Positions 1 through 8,952 of a stretch of 48,505 bases of DNA are shown in pieces. The stretch is taken from IMG/VR virus record IMGVR_UViG_3300010052_000211, positions 1 through 48,505 of that record; one strand, given 5' to 3'. The DNA comes from a virus. Lineage: Duplodnaviria > Caudoviricetes. The notes below the pieces were generated by a model. That model worked only from the letters and a program-made list of their open reading frames with translations. It had not been told where the DNA came from and did no database searches. A program made the translations under genes and the position numbers. Position 1 is the stretch's first letter, and each line of letters starts with the position of its first letter.

Positions 1-48
1 ATGAGGTCTTTGCTTGTTGCCGGGACGCGCCTCGCGTATCCCGGCAAC

Positions 49-501
49 ATGCGTATTTTGACCCTCATTGCTGTCCTCGTCGGTGGTGTTGTGCTCGGGC
101 TTGCCCCGACGCGGGCCGCCGAATTCCAGACCCTCGAAATCGCCAGCCGTAACGGTGTTCACCCGTTCATGGTCGAGATCGCGACCACCGATCAGGAGCG
201 GGCGCAGGGGCTGATGTATCGGAAGGAGTTGCCCGAGGGGCGAGGCATGCTGTTCGACTTCAAGCGGGATCAGGAGGTCTCGATGTGGATGAAGAACACC
301 TATGTCTCACTCGACATGATCTTCATCCGTGCCGACGGCCGGATCGCGCGGATCGCCGAGCATACCGAGCCGCTCTCGACCAAGATCGTGTCCTCCGGCG
401 GGCCGGTGCGCGGCGTACTCGAGGTGGTGGCGGGGACCGCCCGCAAGCTCGGCATCGCCGCCGGCGATCGGGTCGCCCATCCGATGTTCCAGCCGCGCTG
501 A
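49..501 (+). CDS. DUF192 family protein (host)
   Basis: Signal-peptide-like N-terminus; motifs 'ERAQGLMYR..LPEGRGMLFDF', 'MWMKNTYVSLDMIFI', 'VLEVVAG'. Start could be upstream (ORF is open from 1). Confidence 0.9.
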   Translation: MRILTLIAVLVGGVVLGLAPTRAAEFQTLEIASRNGVHPFMVEIATTDQERAQGLMYRKELPEGRGMLFDFKRDQEVSMWMKNTYVSLDMIFIRADGRIARIAEHTEPLSTKIVSSGGPVRGVLEVVAGTARKLGIAAGDRVAHPMFQPR

Positions 502-582
502 CGCGGTTCGAGCGGCACGAGGTTGCTTGCCCGGTCCCGGCCGAGCGTGTATCGCAAGCCTCTATAGCCGCCTGCCGGCAAT

Positions 583-659
583 CGGAGCGTAGCGCAGTCT
601 GGTAGCGCATCTGCTTTGGGAGCAGAGGGTCGCAGGTTCAAATCCTGCCGCTCCGACCA
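583..659 (+). tRNA. tRNA-Pro(TGG), prophage integration target
   Basis: 77-nt cloverleaf CGGAGCG...CGCTCCG-ACCA; anticodon arm TCTGC-TTTGGGA-GCAGA (TGG at 617-619); T-loop GGTTCAAATCC; encoded CCA. Confidence 0.97.
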
Positions 660-660
660 A
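615..660 (+). repeat. attL core (46 bp)
   Basis: TTTGGGAGCAGAGGGTCGCAGGTTCAAATCCTGCCGCTCCGACCAA, identical to 46348-46393. Confidence 0.96.
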
Positions 661-663
661 TAC

Positions 664-1767
664 TTAGCCGGCCTTGGTGTCCTTCGTGCGGGACAAAAGA
701 CGGGACTCTGTGACGGCTTCCATTGCCTGCCGCAGATCCTCGTCGGAGGCGTGGGCGTACTTCGTCGTCGTGGCGATATCCTCGTGGCGGAGCAGGCGCT
801 GGACGAGCCGCAGATTGCCGCTGGTGCGCAGCAGGCGGGTCGCCGCGGTGTGGCGGATGTCGTGGAAGCGGAAATCCTCCAGACCGGCCGCGCTGCCGCC
901 GTGGCGCCGCCATGCGGTCTTGAGGCCCTGATAGGTGATCGGGTAGCGTTTGCCGCGCTGGAGCCCGGCGCCGCGCCGGTGTTCGGGCCGCGTGTCGCGG
1001 CTCACATAGGTGAAGATCGCCTCGGTGTGGTGCCCCCGCAGCGGCGTGATGATCGCGAGCATTTCGGATGTCAGGGGAATGGTGGCGCGCTTGTCACCCT
1101 TGCCGACGATCGCGACCGTCCGGGTGGTCCAGTCGACGTCCTTCCAGCGAACCCCGGCAACCTCCCGCAGGCGCAGCCCGGACGCCAGCGCGAATCGGAT
1201 CACGGGCCGGTAGTCCGGCCGCATCTTGTCGAAGAGGGTGGTTTCCTCGTGATCCCGCAACTCCCGAACCCGTTCACGCGGCTCGGGCAGCATCAGGTCT
1301 TTCCAGTCGATCGTGGGCAACTGCTGCTCCCACTTCCGGGCCGCACGGAAGCAGATGCGGCGCATGATCTCGGTCACGGTCCGGTTGATGGTGGCATTCT
1401 TGAGCCCGGCCCCGCGCCGCTTGGCGATGATCTCTGTGAGCCGGTTCGGCCCGACGTCGCGGAGCAGGGTGGTGCTCCCGAGATCGGCCAGCAGATCAGC
1501 CAAACTCTTAAACACAGTCGCGCGATACGAGCCGCGGTAATTCTCGCCGACCTCGGTCCAGAACCGATCGAACGCTACGTCGACTGTGATGGGTCCGGTG
1601 CGCTGCGCTTCGTTCTGGGCGAGCCTCTTTTCGACTTCGTCGATTTTGGCCCGCTCGATGCGGCGGGCTTCGCGCTCCGAGCGGCTTCCAGTCGAGCCGC
1701 AAAACCGTAGACCACGACGTTCGAAGTCGAAGGCGTAGATACCGTTGGGGCGGCGGTAGACGGACAT
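664..1767 (-). CDS. int: Phage tyrosine integrase
   Basis: Catalytic motifs SGLRLREV, GKGDK, FHDIRHT, LLRHEDIATTTKY; adjacent to attL. Confidence 0.96.
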   Translation of the reverse strand: MSVYRRPNGIYAFDFERRGLRFCGSTGSRSEREARRIERAKIDEVEKRLAQNEAQRTGPITVDVAFDRFWTEVGENYRGSYRATVFKSLADLLADLGSTTLLRDVGPNRLTEIIAKRRGAGLKNATINRTVTEIMRRICFRAARKWEQQLPTIDWKDLMLPEPRERVRELRDHEETTLFDKMRPDYRPVIRFALASGLRLREVAGVRWKDVDWTTRTVAIVGKGDKRATIPLTSEMLAIITPLRGHHTEAIFTYVSRDTRPEHRRGAGLQRGKRYPITYQGLKTAWRRHGGSAAGLEDFRFHDIRHTAATRLLRTSGNLRLVQRLLRHEDIATTTKYAHASDEDLRQAMEAVTESRLLSRTKDTKAG

Positions 1768-1949
1768 GCAACTCTCCGCCGGCTTTCCTTGAACTTAGCC
1801 AGATCCACAGGGTCGAACAGTTTCCGGGGTCTTTTCAAGCCCCGGCCCTTGATGATGTAGGGGATTTCGCCATGGGCGACGTGTTCCATGAGGGTTCGGA
1901 CACAGATCCTCAGGTCGGCCGCAGCGTCTTTTGGCGTGAGCAGGCCCAC
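1575..1949 (-). CDS. Excisionase-like HTH protein
   Basis: 'LLTPKDAAADLRICVRTLMEHVAHGEIPYI' is an HTH_17/Xis-type pattern; lies just upstream of int and overlaps its 5' end. Confidence 0.75.
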   Translation of the reverse strand: MGLLTPKDAAADLRICVRTLMEHVAHGEIPYIIKGRGLKRPRKLFDPVDLAKFKESRRRVACPSTAAPTVSTPSTSNVVVYGFAARLEAARSAKPAASSGPKSTKSKRGSPRTKRSAPDPSQST

Positions 1950-2243
1950 TCATCCCCCCTTGTTGGAGAGTGCCGCTTCGGCATTGCGGATCAAGATTCC
2001 GACCCCGCTATCGCCACGCTGGTCGCGAACGTCTTTCATGAACGCGACCGCGTCGGTGAGTGCAGCCCGCAGCGTCTCGACTTCCTCTGCCGGCGGCTCG
2101 GGGGATGCGGCGAGCATGGCGCGGTAGATCGCTTGCATGCGCTTTGAGGCGGATGGTTCGTCGTCATCCCGCAAGATGCGGAAGCCTGCAGCTTGCATCT
2201 CCGGCGTCGCCTCTACCGGCACTCTCTTGAAAGCGGAGGTCAT
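1950..2243 (-). CDS. Hypothetical phage protein (paralogue of 2814-2945)
   Basis: MTSAFKRVPVEATPEM...IYRAMLAA; start overlaps the upstream stop. Confidence 0.7.
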   Translation of the reverse strand: MTSAFKRVPVEATPEMQAAGFRILRDDDEPSASKRMQAIYRAMLAASPEPPAEEVETLRAALTDAVAFMKDVRDQRGDSGVGILIRNAEAALSNKGG

Positions 2244-2635
2244 TGCTGGCCTCCCTCAGAGCGATCGTGATTTGGTCGTTGGCTTCTTGCGCGAAGGCCG
2301 GCGATGCAGATTGCGATAGCCGGTGTCGCTCCGATGCCATGCGATTCATCAACTTGATCGCAATGGCTCAGATGAAGGCGGTTGAGGTGCGCCCAGCCGG
2401 CCTCCTGTGCGCCGCTGCCAGCGCGCCAAAACCAGCCAGGATTCACACGCAAGGCTACGTCAACGGATTCGGTGAACTTCGGTGCAGCTTCCCGCAGGTA
2501 GTCGGTCAAGGGTATGGCCGGCGGCGACTTCCAGTTCTCGGTGTTGCGAATGCCGTCTATAGCAATCCAGATAAGGCCATCCAACTCCCGGCTCGGCCCG
2601 CTCGCCTTCTCCAGCTTCTCTATGAGGTCTTTCAT
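2240..2635 (-). CDS. Hypothetical phage protein (paralogue of 2942-3301)
   Basis: MKDLIEKLEKASGPSRELD...ATPAIAICIAGLRAR; coupled to neighbours. Confidence 0.75.
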   Translation of the reverse strand: MKDLIEKLEKASGPSRELDGLIWIAIDGIRNTENWKSPPAIPLTDYLREAAPKFTESVDVALRVNPGWFWRAGSGAQEAGWAHLNRLHLSHCDQVDESHGIGATPAIAICIAGLRARSQRPNHDRSEGGQQ

Positions 2636-2814
2636 TTCGAGCCGCCCTTAAGCTCGGCGTCATTCATCGTCTTAACTATGAGCATGGCCTGCCGGCGGAC
2701 CCACATGCTGTCGGATGCCTTGGCGAACGGGAAAACGTCAGCCACGCGCTTCCCATCCTTCTGGATTTGCAAATAGCCACCAGTCTTTGTGGTGTAATCC
2801 TCAAGCGTCCACAT
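2632..2814 (-). CDS. Small hypothetical phage protein
   Basis: 60 aa, overlaps both neighbours in the operon. Confidence 0.6.
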   Translation of the reverse strand: MWTLEDYTTKTGGYLQIQKDGKRVADVFPFAKASDSMWVRRQAMLIVKTMNDAELKGGSK

Positions 2815-2945
2815 TATCTCTCTTCTCCTTGCAGGGCGGCGAGCATGGCTCGGTAAATGTCATCGACGTTTGTGAACGCCCGCGACCCAGCGGCACGCAT
2901 CTCCTCCGTCGCCTCGACAGGGACTCTCTTGAAAGCGGAGGTCAT
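2814..2945 (-). CDS. 43-aa hypothetical protein (not in ORF track)
   Basis: Translated by hand: MTSAFKRVPVEATEEMRAAGSRAFTNVDDIYRAMLAALQGEER*; paralogue of 1950-2243. Confidence 0.65.
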   Translation of the reverse strand: MTSAFKRVPVEATEEMRAAGSRAFTNVDDIYRAMLAALQGEER

Positions 2946-3301
2946 GGCTGGCCTCCCTCAGAGCGAGAACGGAGAGCGGCGATGCAGAGGGCGAGTTCTG
3001 GCGTGGCGGCCTCTCCGGTGTAATCAGTGCTGCCGCGTGTGACGCAGGCCAACGGACAATCGTTAGGGCCAAGGTCGCCAACGGCGAAATGGCAGTCGGA
3101 CGGAACGAGGTTCTGCCATGTCGCCAGACTTCCAGTGTATGGCAGCGGGTCATCATCGAGATTCCCGCCGACCAAGGCAACAGTCTCTCGATAACTGGCT
3201 CCATGAGAAATTGTCTCGGCCGCGAGCGCGAGTTTAATCTGCTCGTCCAACTCCCGGCTAGGCCCGCTCGCCTTCTCCAGCTTCTCTATGAGGTCTTTCA
3301 C
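2942..3301 (-). CDS. Hypothetical phage protein (paralogue of 2240-2635)
   Basis: GTG start overlapping the upstream stop; KDLIEKLEKASGPSRELD...ATPELALCIAALRSR. Confidence 0.75.
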   Translation of the reverse strand: MKDLIEKLEKASGPSRELDEQIKLALAAETISHGASYRETVALVGGNLDDDPLPYTGSLATWQNLVPSDCHFAVGDLGPNDCPLACVTRGSTDYTGEAATPELALCIAALRSRSEGGQP

Positions 3302-3513
3302 TTGCGGTCTCCATGCGGCTGGTCGAGATATTTCAGGCACCACGTCGGATGAAACACCATGGTGTGCTTCTCCCCGTCGAGCCGGATATTGAGGTGGGGT
3401 CCGTTGACGCCAGTGATGGTGCCAAACTCGCTTTTTCCGCAGCCGGTATATTCGACGCGACCGCCACGCTTGGCGGGAACGCCATAATTTTTTCGGATAT
3501 AGGCAAAGCTCAC
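3298..3513 (-). CDS. Hypothetical phage protein
   Basis: 'YIRKNYGVPAKRGGRVEY...FHPTW'; GGAG RBS upstream. Confidence 0.7.
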   Translation of the reverse strand: MSFAYIRKNYGVPAKRGGRVEYTGCGKSEFGTITGVNGPHLNIRLDGEKHTMVFHPTWCLKYLDQPHGDRK

Positions 3514-3577
3514 TCGCGGTCTCCTTTTATGGCTGCACGGCCGGCGGGGTGATCGGTCGCGCGTGTTGACTGCGAAT

Positions 3578-3895
3578 TTAGCGTCCGTGCCGGGCGTCTA
3601 ACGCGGCCAAAAATCTTGCAAGCTTCCCGTCCTCGTCCGCTTCGCCAATCGGGCACGTCATCGGCTTCGGCTGACGCTTTACGATGGTGACGTATGCCGC
3701 CGCTGCCACTACGCGAATTGCGTCCTCGATAGTATCTTGGTCAGCGCGCCATGACGGGCCATCTTCCGAGTCGGTTGCGATCACCGCCGTAGGGCAGGTC
3801 GGTTCGGTCAGACAGTGGGTGATAGTCAATTCGAGTTCACCAAACTCTTGCGTCCAGCAATCCCTTAGAGCGGCCAGCATTTCGTCTTTTGTCAT
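3578..3895 (-). CDS. Hypothetical phage protein
   Basis: 105-aa ORF in operon orientation. Confidence 0.6.
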   Translation of the reverse strand: MTKDEMLAALRDCWTQEFGELELTITHCLTEPTCPTAVIATDSEDGPSWRADQDTIEDAIRVVAAAAYVTIVKRQPKPMTCPIGEADEDGKLARFLAALDARHGR

Positions 3896-4177
3896 GTTCT
3901 CGACCTTGTGAGCATATCTGGCGTTAATGCTGTGTCGTGCGCCGGGCCTTCCAGAGCGGCGCGGCCGGTCGGCTCAATGAATGCCGCGCACTCATCGAAA
4001 TAACCGCAGTTCATCATCCCGACCGAAACGCAAGAGGGGCAAAAAGCGCGACCCTTTTGAACGGCAGCAATTGCCGTCTCGCGGTAGTTCGGCGGGAATG
4101 AACGCAGTAGCTTTTCGGCCGCCGCCGTGAGTGCGCTACGCCGGGTCATGGGGTGCTGCGCCTTCATGGACATGGGG

Positions 4178-4843
4178 CTACTCTGCTGCTTGCATCTGTT
4201 GAATCGGGTTGTTGGCGAGGAATACGGCGCGCGCGAATCCCATCGGGGCCGCGCTGCGCACGTCGCCGCGATCATCGTTTGGGGATGCGAAATGAATGCG
4301 ATTGTCCGGCTCGCCTAGTGACAGGTCAGGGCACGGGTCCGGCATGATGAAGCCGTTACCGCCCCAGATGCCAGTGTTCTTCGTGTAATTGTCTTCCGGG
4401 CAAAGCTGCGTGTATTGCCACGGATGGAAATAATAATGCGGCTTGCCGATGTGCGGCACGCTGGACAGCGTGACGACGGGGTTCTCCTGGCAGTACGGCG
4501 CGCCTGACCAGTCAGCGACTTGCCCGCCGGCCTCGAACATTTCCAGCGCATCGCGGAGCATCATGCCGCGCTTTTTGGCGAAGTCTCTCGCGCCGCTGAC
4601 AGCGGTATGCGTGCAGGGTGTCTGCACCATCATGAACGCGATAGGCTTCGTCGTCGGCCGGCGATAGGAGCGTACGTCGCCCCACTCGTAATGGATCAGT
4701 CCGGCTCCGACGTGCTCAGTCTTGGTCTTACGGATCGAATGCTGAATATCGACGCACCAACACTCAAAGCCGGCCTCGGCCCATGGGCGCACCATGTTGC
4801 CTGTCCGGTCGCAAAGGCTGATGACGGCGAGGTTCAGCATCAC
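4178..4843 (-). CDS. Compact C5-cytosine DNA methyltransferase-like protein
   Basis: N-terminal SAM-binding-like strand 'VISLCDRTG...CVDI', catalytic PC ('TPCTH..VSGAR'), motif VI 'ENPV'. Confidence 0.7.
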   Translation of the reverse strand: MMLNLAVISLCDRTGNMVRPWAEAGFECWCVDIQHSIRKTKTEHVGAGLIHYEWGDVRSYRRPTTKPIAFMMVQTPCTHTAVSGARDFAKKRGMMLRDALEMFEAGGQVADWSGAPYCQENPVVTLSSVPHIGKPHYYFHPWQYTQLCPEDNYTKNTGIWGGNGFIMPDPCPDLSLGEPDNRIHFASPNDDRGDVRSAAPMGFARAVFLANNPIQQMQAAE

Positions 4844-5217
4844 ACGTCCTTCCGATCCTGTGAGCGGAGACGGGAGACGAGATCATCCCGCAGTTTGACC
4901 GGGATCGGGATCACCGCGCCTTCGCGATCATCTTCGCAGTTCTCGAAAGCGTCCTCGCCGCAGAAAGCGATCGCGCCCTCGCTCATGAGGCGCTCCGCGA
5001 GCTTCTCGGCCTCCCCATCTGTTGCGGGAGCGGGGAGAGGGAGAGAGCGGAGTGATTTCGCGGCATCCCGATGCCATGCTGCGCGACGGTGATGCGCGGC
5101 GATGGTCTGCGTGTTGTCGCCGCAATGAAGCGAATTGATCACAATCTCGGCCTGTTCATCGTGCCACTGCGCCGCCATGCCGTACCATTTCCATTTGGCT
5201 TCGGAGATAGCCATCAC
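4840..5217 (-). CDS. Hypothetical phage protein
   Basis: 4-bp overlaps with both neighbours. Confidence 0.55.
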   Translation of the reverse strand: MMAISEAKWKWYGMAAQWHDEQAEIVINSLHCGDNTQTIAAHHRRAAWHRDAAKSLRSLPLPAPATDGEAEKLAERLMSEGAIAFCGEDAFENCEDDREGAVIPIPVKLRDDLVSRLRSQDRKDV

Positions 5218-5624
5218 TTCCTCCGCACGTCGAATTGGGAAAGGAGAGCGCGGTTCTCGCGCATGAGGTCGCCAACGCGGACAAGCAGTTCGCGCTTGGG
5301 ATCGTCGGCATGAATTGCAGCGAGCAGCGCCTCAAGGCCGGCGTATTGGCTGTTCAGCGCGCTCACGGTCCCAGCCGGGGCGCAATCCTGCCTCGCGACA
5401 GGATCACTCTCACCAGCGGACGTGCCGCGATGAGAGGCCTGAGATGCCCCGGCTGAGTTCGGTACGGTGTGAGCGCGAACGGTGACCGGCGTGTAGTCGG
5501 CATAGCCGCTCTGGATGGCTTCTGACGGGCCGGGCTTGATACCGGCTGGGTGGGCACTCCGAGTCTGTGGCTCTCCCGATACGAGAGAGCGGGGACGCGG
5601 AGAATCCCAATCCTTCGTCATCAC
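5214..5624 (-). CDS. Hypothetical phage protein
   Basis: 4-bp overlaps with both neighbours. Confidence 0.5.
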   Translation of the reverse strand: MMTKDWDSPRPRSLVSGEPQTRSAHPAGIKPGPSEAIQSGYADYTPVTVRAHTVPNSAGASQASHRGTSAGESDPVARQDCAPAGTVSALNSQYAGLEALLAAIHADDPKRELLVRVGDLMRENRALLSQFDVRRK

Positions 5625-6013
5625 AACCTCTCTCCCGTCCGTCGATCGACAACGGTGCCGTCGAGTTTCTGCTTGATGTTGCTATCGCGGCCGAACGGCA
5701 GCTTTCGCCGCCAGCGATCCTTGATCCCGAAGTTGTAGTCGCGGACGTGTCGGACCTTGGCGATGACCGGCTTGTCGTAGTTGTCGGTCTTGATGCGCCA
5801 GCAGGTCTTTGTCAGGACGGCGGCGTTTTCCAGATCGTTGCGCTTCGAGATCGCATCCGGGTCGATGTGCTCGAAGAACGTATTGCCGGGGCCGATCGGG
5901 CGCCGGCACGGAATCGGAAACACATGCGGGATCAGGTGGCATTCGCAGATGCCGCCGGATCGCTCCAGGGCAGCGCGCTTGACCGAAGAGGGGAATTCGG
6001 CTCGGGGGGTCAT
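5621..6013 (-). CDS. HNH-like endonuclease
   Basis: 'RSGGICECH...FEHIDPD...NDLENAAVLTKTCWRIKT' follows the HNH/Zn pattern, partly degenerate. Confidence 0.7.
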   Translation of the reverse strand: MTPRAEFPSSVKRAALERSGGICECHLIPHVFPIPCRRPIGPGNTFFEHIDPDAISKRNDLENAAVLTKTCWRIKTDNYDKPVIAKVRHVRDYNFGIKDRWRRKLPFGRDSNIKQKLDGTVVDRRTGERL

Positions 6014-6498
6014 GTTGGCACCGTGAGCATGCCAAGGCCACGCGAGCGCGCTTCACGCAATGCGAAGGTACCGGCTTCGCCGAGCGCCATGAGGCAAGTG
6101 CCTTGTGCCGGCGATGTTCCTGGGTTCCCGTCCGCGTCGATGAATTTGAGCTTCGGCGACACAAATAGCAGTGCGTCGGCACGCGGCGCGAACTGCTGAA
6201 ACCATGGGGCTGACGTGCGATCGGGCACGAGCGCGATGCCGTTGCCATGGTCGAAAAACTTGGCGAGCCAAGGCAATAGTCCGTTCCGCCCGCCGAAGGG
6301 CGGGTTCATCCAGACAAAGCCGATCCATGGCTCGCTAAGGCTGTTGGTGGTGATGAAGCGTTTCGCGGGTATCCATGGCGTTACAGCGGCACCGGGCGAT
6401 GCGACGTCGTCATTGAACCGCGCGCCCAATTTCTGGAAGACGTGCGGCGGTGTGTACCACTCGTCTGTCGCGCCGATGCACTGTTCGTGAAGAGCCAT
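6010..6498 (-). CDS. Phage Dam-type N6-adenine DNA methyltransferase
   Basis: 'DEWYTP', 'DVAS', catalytic 'WMNPPF', 'ALVPDRTSAPWFQ'. Confidence 0.85.
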   Translation of the reverse strand: MALHEQCIGATDEWYTPPHVFQKLGARFNDDVASPGAAVTPWIPAKRFITTNSLSEPWIGFVWMNPPFGGRNGLLPWLAKFFDHGNGIALVPDRTSAPWFQQFAPRADALLFVSPKLKFIDADGNPGTSPAQGTCLMALGEAGTFALREARSRGLGMLTVPT

Positions 6499-6653
6499 CA
6501 GCCGGCGCTCCCCTGCACCTTCACGATCAGCCCGACATTGGCGATCACGTATCCGCAGAGGATCGCCGCATCCGACCACATGCGCTGGTGAAGCCAGATG
6601 CTCGCCTGTCCGGCGTAGAGAAGGGTGACGATCCAGAGAAGGGCGGTGTTCAT
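6498..6653 (-). CDS. Small two-TM membrane protein (not in ORF track)
   Basis: MNTALLWIVTLLYAGQASIWLHQRMWSDAAILCGYVIANVGLIVKVQGSAG*; coupled on both sides. Confidence 0.6.
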   Translation of the reverse strand: MNTALLWIVTLLYAGQASIWLHQRMWSDAAILCGYVIANVGLIVKVQGSAG

Positions 6654-6826
6654 GGCTTCTCGCGATAGATCAGATCAATCGCAGCCGAGATTGCCGCAAA
6701 CCACTTGCTTCGATCTTCCTCGCTGAATTCGCAGCCGGGCATTGGGAGCAGCTTGAATAACTCCACAATGACCGGGTGAGGCGGCTCCAGTGGAATGTGC
6801 TCGGTTGGAATGTTGAGGCGTGCCAT
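6650..6826 (-). CDS. Small hypothetical phage protein
   Basis: MARLNIPTEH...AIDLIYREKP; coupled starts and stops. Confidence 0.55.
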   Translation of the reverse strand: MARLNIPTEHIPLEPPHPVIVELFKLLPMPGCEFSEEDRSKWFAAISAAIDLIYREKP

Positions 6827-7017
6827 CAGATACCCACCACCTTCTGACAGTGTACGCACCGCGTCACGCCGCATGCCGTGAGATACGTGCAGTCGATCCG
6901 GCCTGCATTGGCGCAAGGCTCGACGAACTCGCCATCGATCACGTCGGGTTCGAGCCTGTACATTTCGGTGCAGTCGTCGAGATCGATGACGGCCTGCTCT
7001 GCTCGCTGCGGTGTCAT
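6826..7017 (-). CDS. Small Cys-rich hypothetical protein
   Basis: C-terminal 'CGVTRCVHC'; coupled. Confidence 0.5.
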   Translation of the reverse strand: MTPQRAEQAVIDLDDCTEMYRLEPDVIDGEFVEPCANAGRIDCTYLTACGVTRCVHCQKVVGI

Positions 7018-7361
7018 GTGATGGCTCCGATGAACATGGCGCGTCGGACAGTGGCGTGATCGGTCGCGAGATCGGCAGCGATCGATCCCAGCACGTCCGA
7101 CTTGACCGCATCGGCCACCATGCGGCCGACTTGGTTCAGATAGACCGTGTGCCGTCCGCGTCCGTGGTTCGTGTAAGCAGCCCGGACCAGTTCGCGATCG
7201 AACAGGTTGTTGATCACGGCGACTTTGATCCGGACGCCTTGGGGCGTGAGCCAAAGGCTGCCCCGCAGAACGGCAGAGCCATGTGCCGCCAGGATCACGA
7301 GCGCGCGTTTCTGCGCTTCCGTCAAATCCTTGTGGCGTCCGCGGTGCAGCCTGTCACTCAT
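7014..7361 (-). CDS. Hypothetical protein, possible winged helix
   Basis: 'LTEAQKRALVIL...VINNLFDRELV...VYLNQVGR'. Confidence 0.55.
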   Translation of the reverse strand: MSDRLHRGRHKDLTEAQKRALVILAAHGSAVLRGSLWLTPQGVRIKVAVINNLFDRELVRAAYTNHGRGRHTVYLNQVGRMVADAVKSDVLGSIAADLATDHATVRRAMFIGAIT

Positions 7362-7948
7362 GCTTTCTGTCTCTCTTTCGGTCTCTCGATCTGCTTCGCC
7401 TTCGCCGCTTCGACGGCCTCGAAATGCCGGCTGACCGCGCGCATGCGCTGGCTTTCGATGTGACCCTGGTTCTTGCTGAACGTGCGATACCAGCCGCAGG
7501 CGCAATGCGTCGAAACGGTGTAACCGCTGCCGTTGTGATCCCAGATGAAATGGACGCCGCGCTCTTTCGCGAGCCATCGCGAGACCTGATCGGCCATGCG
7601 CGCGCCTTCGACTGTCAGCGAATGGTAGCGCTGTCCGGGCAGGATTTCGGCAAGGCCGCGTTCGGCCAGCGCGCGATAGTCCCGCGTCGTTGCCGGCGGC
7701 ACCGGATCGTCGCCACGTATGTGCTTCGCGACTTCCCGCGCCAACTGCTGCCGCGACATGAACAGCAGGGCGTAGCGTTCGCTCTCGCTTAAATCTGCCC
7801 CCGGTCGCGAAGCTTTCGCTTCTTCTGCCGCTGTACGCACACGCTCTTCATCGAAGATCAGCGGTGCGACCGGGGGAGAACTCTTCACCGCGCGGAATGG
7901 CGCGAGATCCTCGACGGTGAATGACGCTCGATGCTGAACGCTACGCAT
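7358..7948 (-). CDS. Hypothetical protein, winged-helix-like with C-terminal Cys/His motif
   Basis: 'LSESERYAL...ALAERGLA...LTVEG' and 'HCACGW...RH'; start uncertain. Confidence 0.55.
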   Translation of the reverse strand: MRSVQHRASFTVEDLAPFRAVKSSPPVAPLIFDEERVRTAAEEAKASRPGADLSESERYALLFMSRQQLAREVAKHIRGDDPVPPATTRDYRALAERGLAEILPGQRYHSLTVEGARMADQVSRWLAKERGVHFIWDHNGSGYTVSTHCACGWYRTFSKNQGHIESQRMRAVSRHFEAVEAAKAKQIERPKERQKA

Positions 7949-8091
7949 AACCAATACTCCACACACGCTACTGACACTGAGAAACAACGCGAGAGAGACA
8001 AGCAGGGGCGCCGCGGCCGGAGCCGAGACCAGCCGCGGCGCAAATCCGCCAGCGTGGGGAAAGCCGGGAGGGGTGCTGGCGGAAAACATGG

Positions 8092-8391
8092 TCAGCCCTT
8101 CGTGATCGGCGGGGAGTTGCCGGGCTTGTTCGAGCCGACCGGCGCGGCCGGCGATTTCGAAAGGCCTGCCAATTCCAGAAACCGCATGAAGCGCTCGGTC
8201 ACTTCGGTGCGCGCAGCATCCTCGGAGCGCGCGGTGCCTTCGACCGGATTGAATTTGTGTGTGCACCAGACACGCCATCGCCAGTATCGGCCGCGCGGAC
8301 CTGGGTGAAACACCGCGCCGACCGCGACGTGCCCGCACATCGCGAGCGAGCGGTTATCGCCTTCGGCAACGGGCGGAAGCCAGTCGATCAC
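8092..8391 (-). CDS. Hypothetical phage protein
   Basis: Coupled ORF in the leftward early operon. Confidence 0.6.
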   Translation of the reverse strand: MIDWLPPVAEGDNRSLAMCGHVAVGAVFHPGPRGRYWRWRVWCTHKFNPVEGTARSEDAARTEVTERFMRFLELAGLSKSPAAPVGSNKPGNSPPITKG

Positions 8392-8714
8392 GCGGCCTCC
8401 TTGCGCGTTCCAGCGCGCGCCATCGGGTGCTGTTCGATCTTGAAGCCGCGCTTGAGCAGGTTTTCCGTGCCCCAGCAGATCATGGCGTCACGCCATGTCC
8501 ATCCGTTGCTGTCGCTCGACCCGACGGGCGTGCTGAACAGCGTGTCGCCGCAGGCCTTGTGGATCGCCCAGGTGCCGCTACGGCCACCCGTCACACGCGC
8601 CATGATCACTGGCTCATCCGTGTTGATGATCACAGCGCAGCACCGGCAGCGATGCCGATGCTTGCGGCGGTCGTGCCGATAGGTGGTTTCCCAGATGGGA
8701 GAGGGCGTGCGCAT
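8388..8714 (-). CDS. Hypothetical Zn-finger-like protein
   Basis: 'HRCRCC...HKAC' motif. Confidence 0.55.
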   Translation of the reverse strand: MRTPSPIWETTYRHDRRKHRHRCRCCAVIINTDEPVIMARVTGGRSGTWAIHKACGDTLFSTPVGSSDSNGWTWRDAMICWGTENLLKRGFKIEQHPMARAGTRKEAA

Positions 8715-8923
8715 CAGGCAAACTGCGCGTTGAAGGCAGCGAGCCGCGCCGTAGCGTCATCAGCGCGAACGTCTTCAATCCAATCCCATGCGACCTGCTC
8801 GTCGATATGGATCGCGGACTTGTCGGCTAGGCGCTCAGGAAAAACCGATTGGAATTCGCAGGGTCCGACCTGCTCGACGGTGAACACCTGACCGGTGACT
8901 TCGTCGGTGACCTGCTTCGCCAT
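8714..8923 (-). CDS. First gene of the leftward early operon, hypothetical
   Basis: Strong RBS (GGAGGGG) directly downstream of the PL-like promoter/operators. Confidence 0.65.
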   Translation of the reverse strand: MAKQVTDEVTGQVFTVEQVGPCEFQSVFPERLADKSAIHIDEQVAWDWIEDVRADDATARLAAFNAQFA

Positions 8924-8952
8924 CTTCCCCTCCCGTTATGCGGTGAGGGTAC

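Noticed and set aside
616-1710. 364-aa plus-strand ORF, and other long antisense ORFs such as 19881-21734 and 26512-27867
   Set aside because: Shadow ORFs opposite well-supported genes, as expected in high-GC DNA.
2221-3300. Diversity-generating retroelement TR/VR pair
   Set aside because: No reverse transcriptase in the window; the repeats are short, sit at gene boundaries and have one mismatch each.
5621-6498. Restriction-modification pair (HNH plus Dam-type methyltransferase)
   Set aside because: Both are common stand-alone early phage genes, and the HNH motif is partly degenerate; adjacency alone is insufficient.
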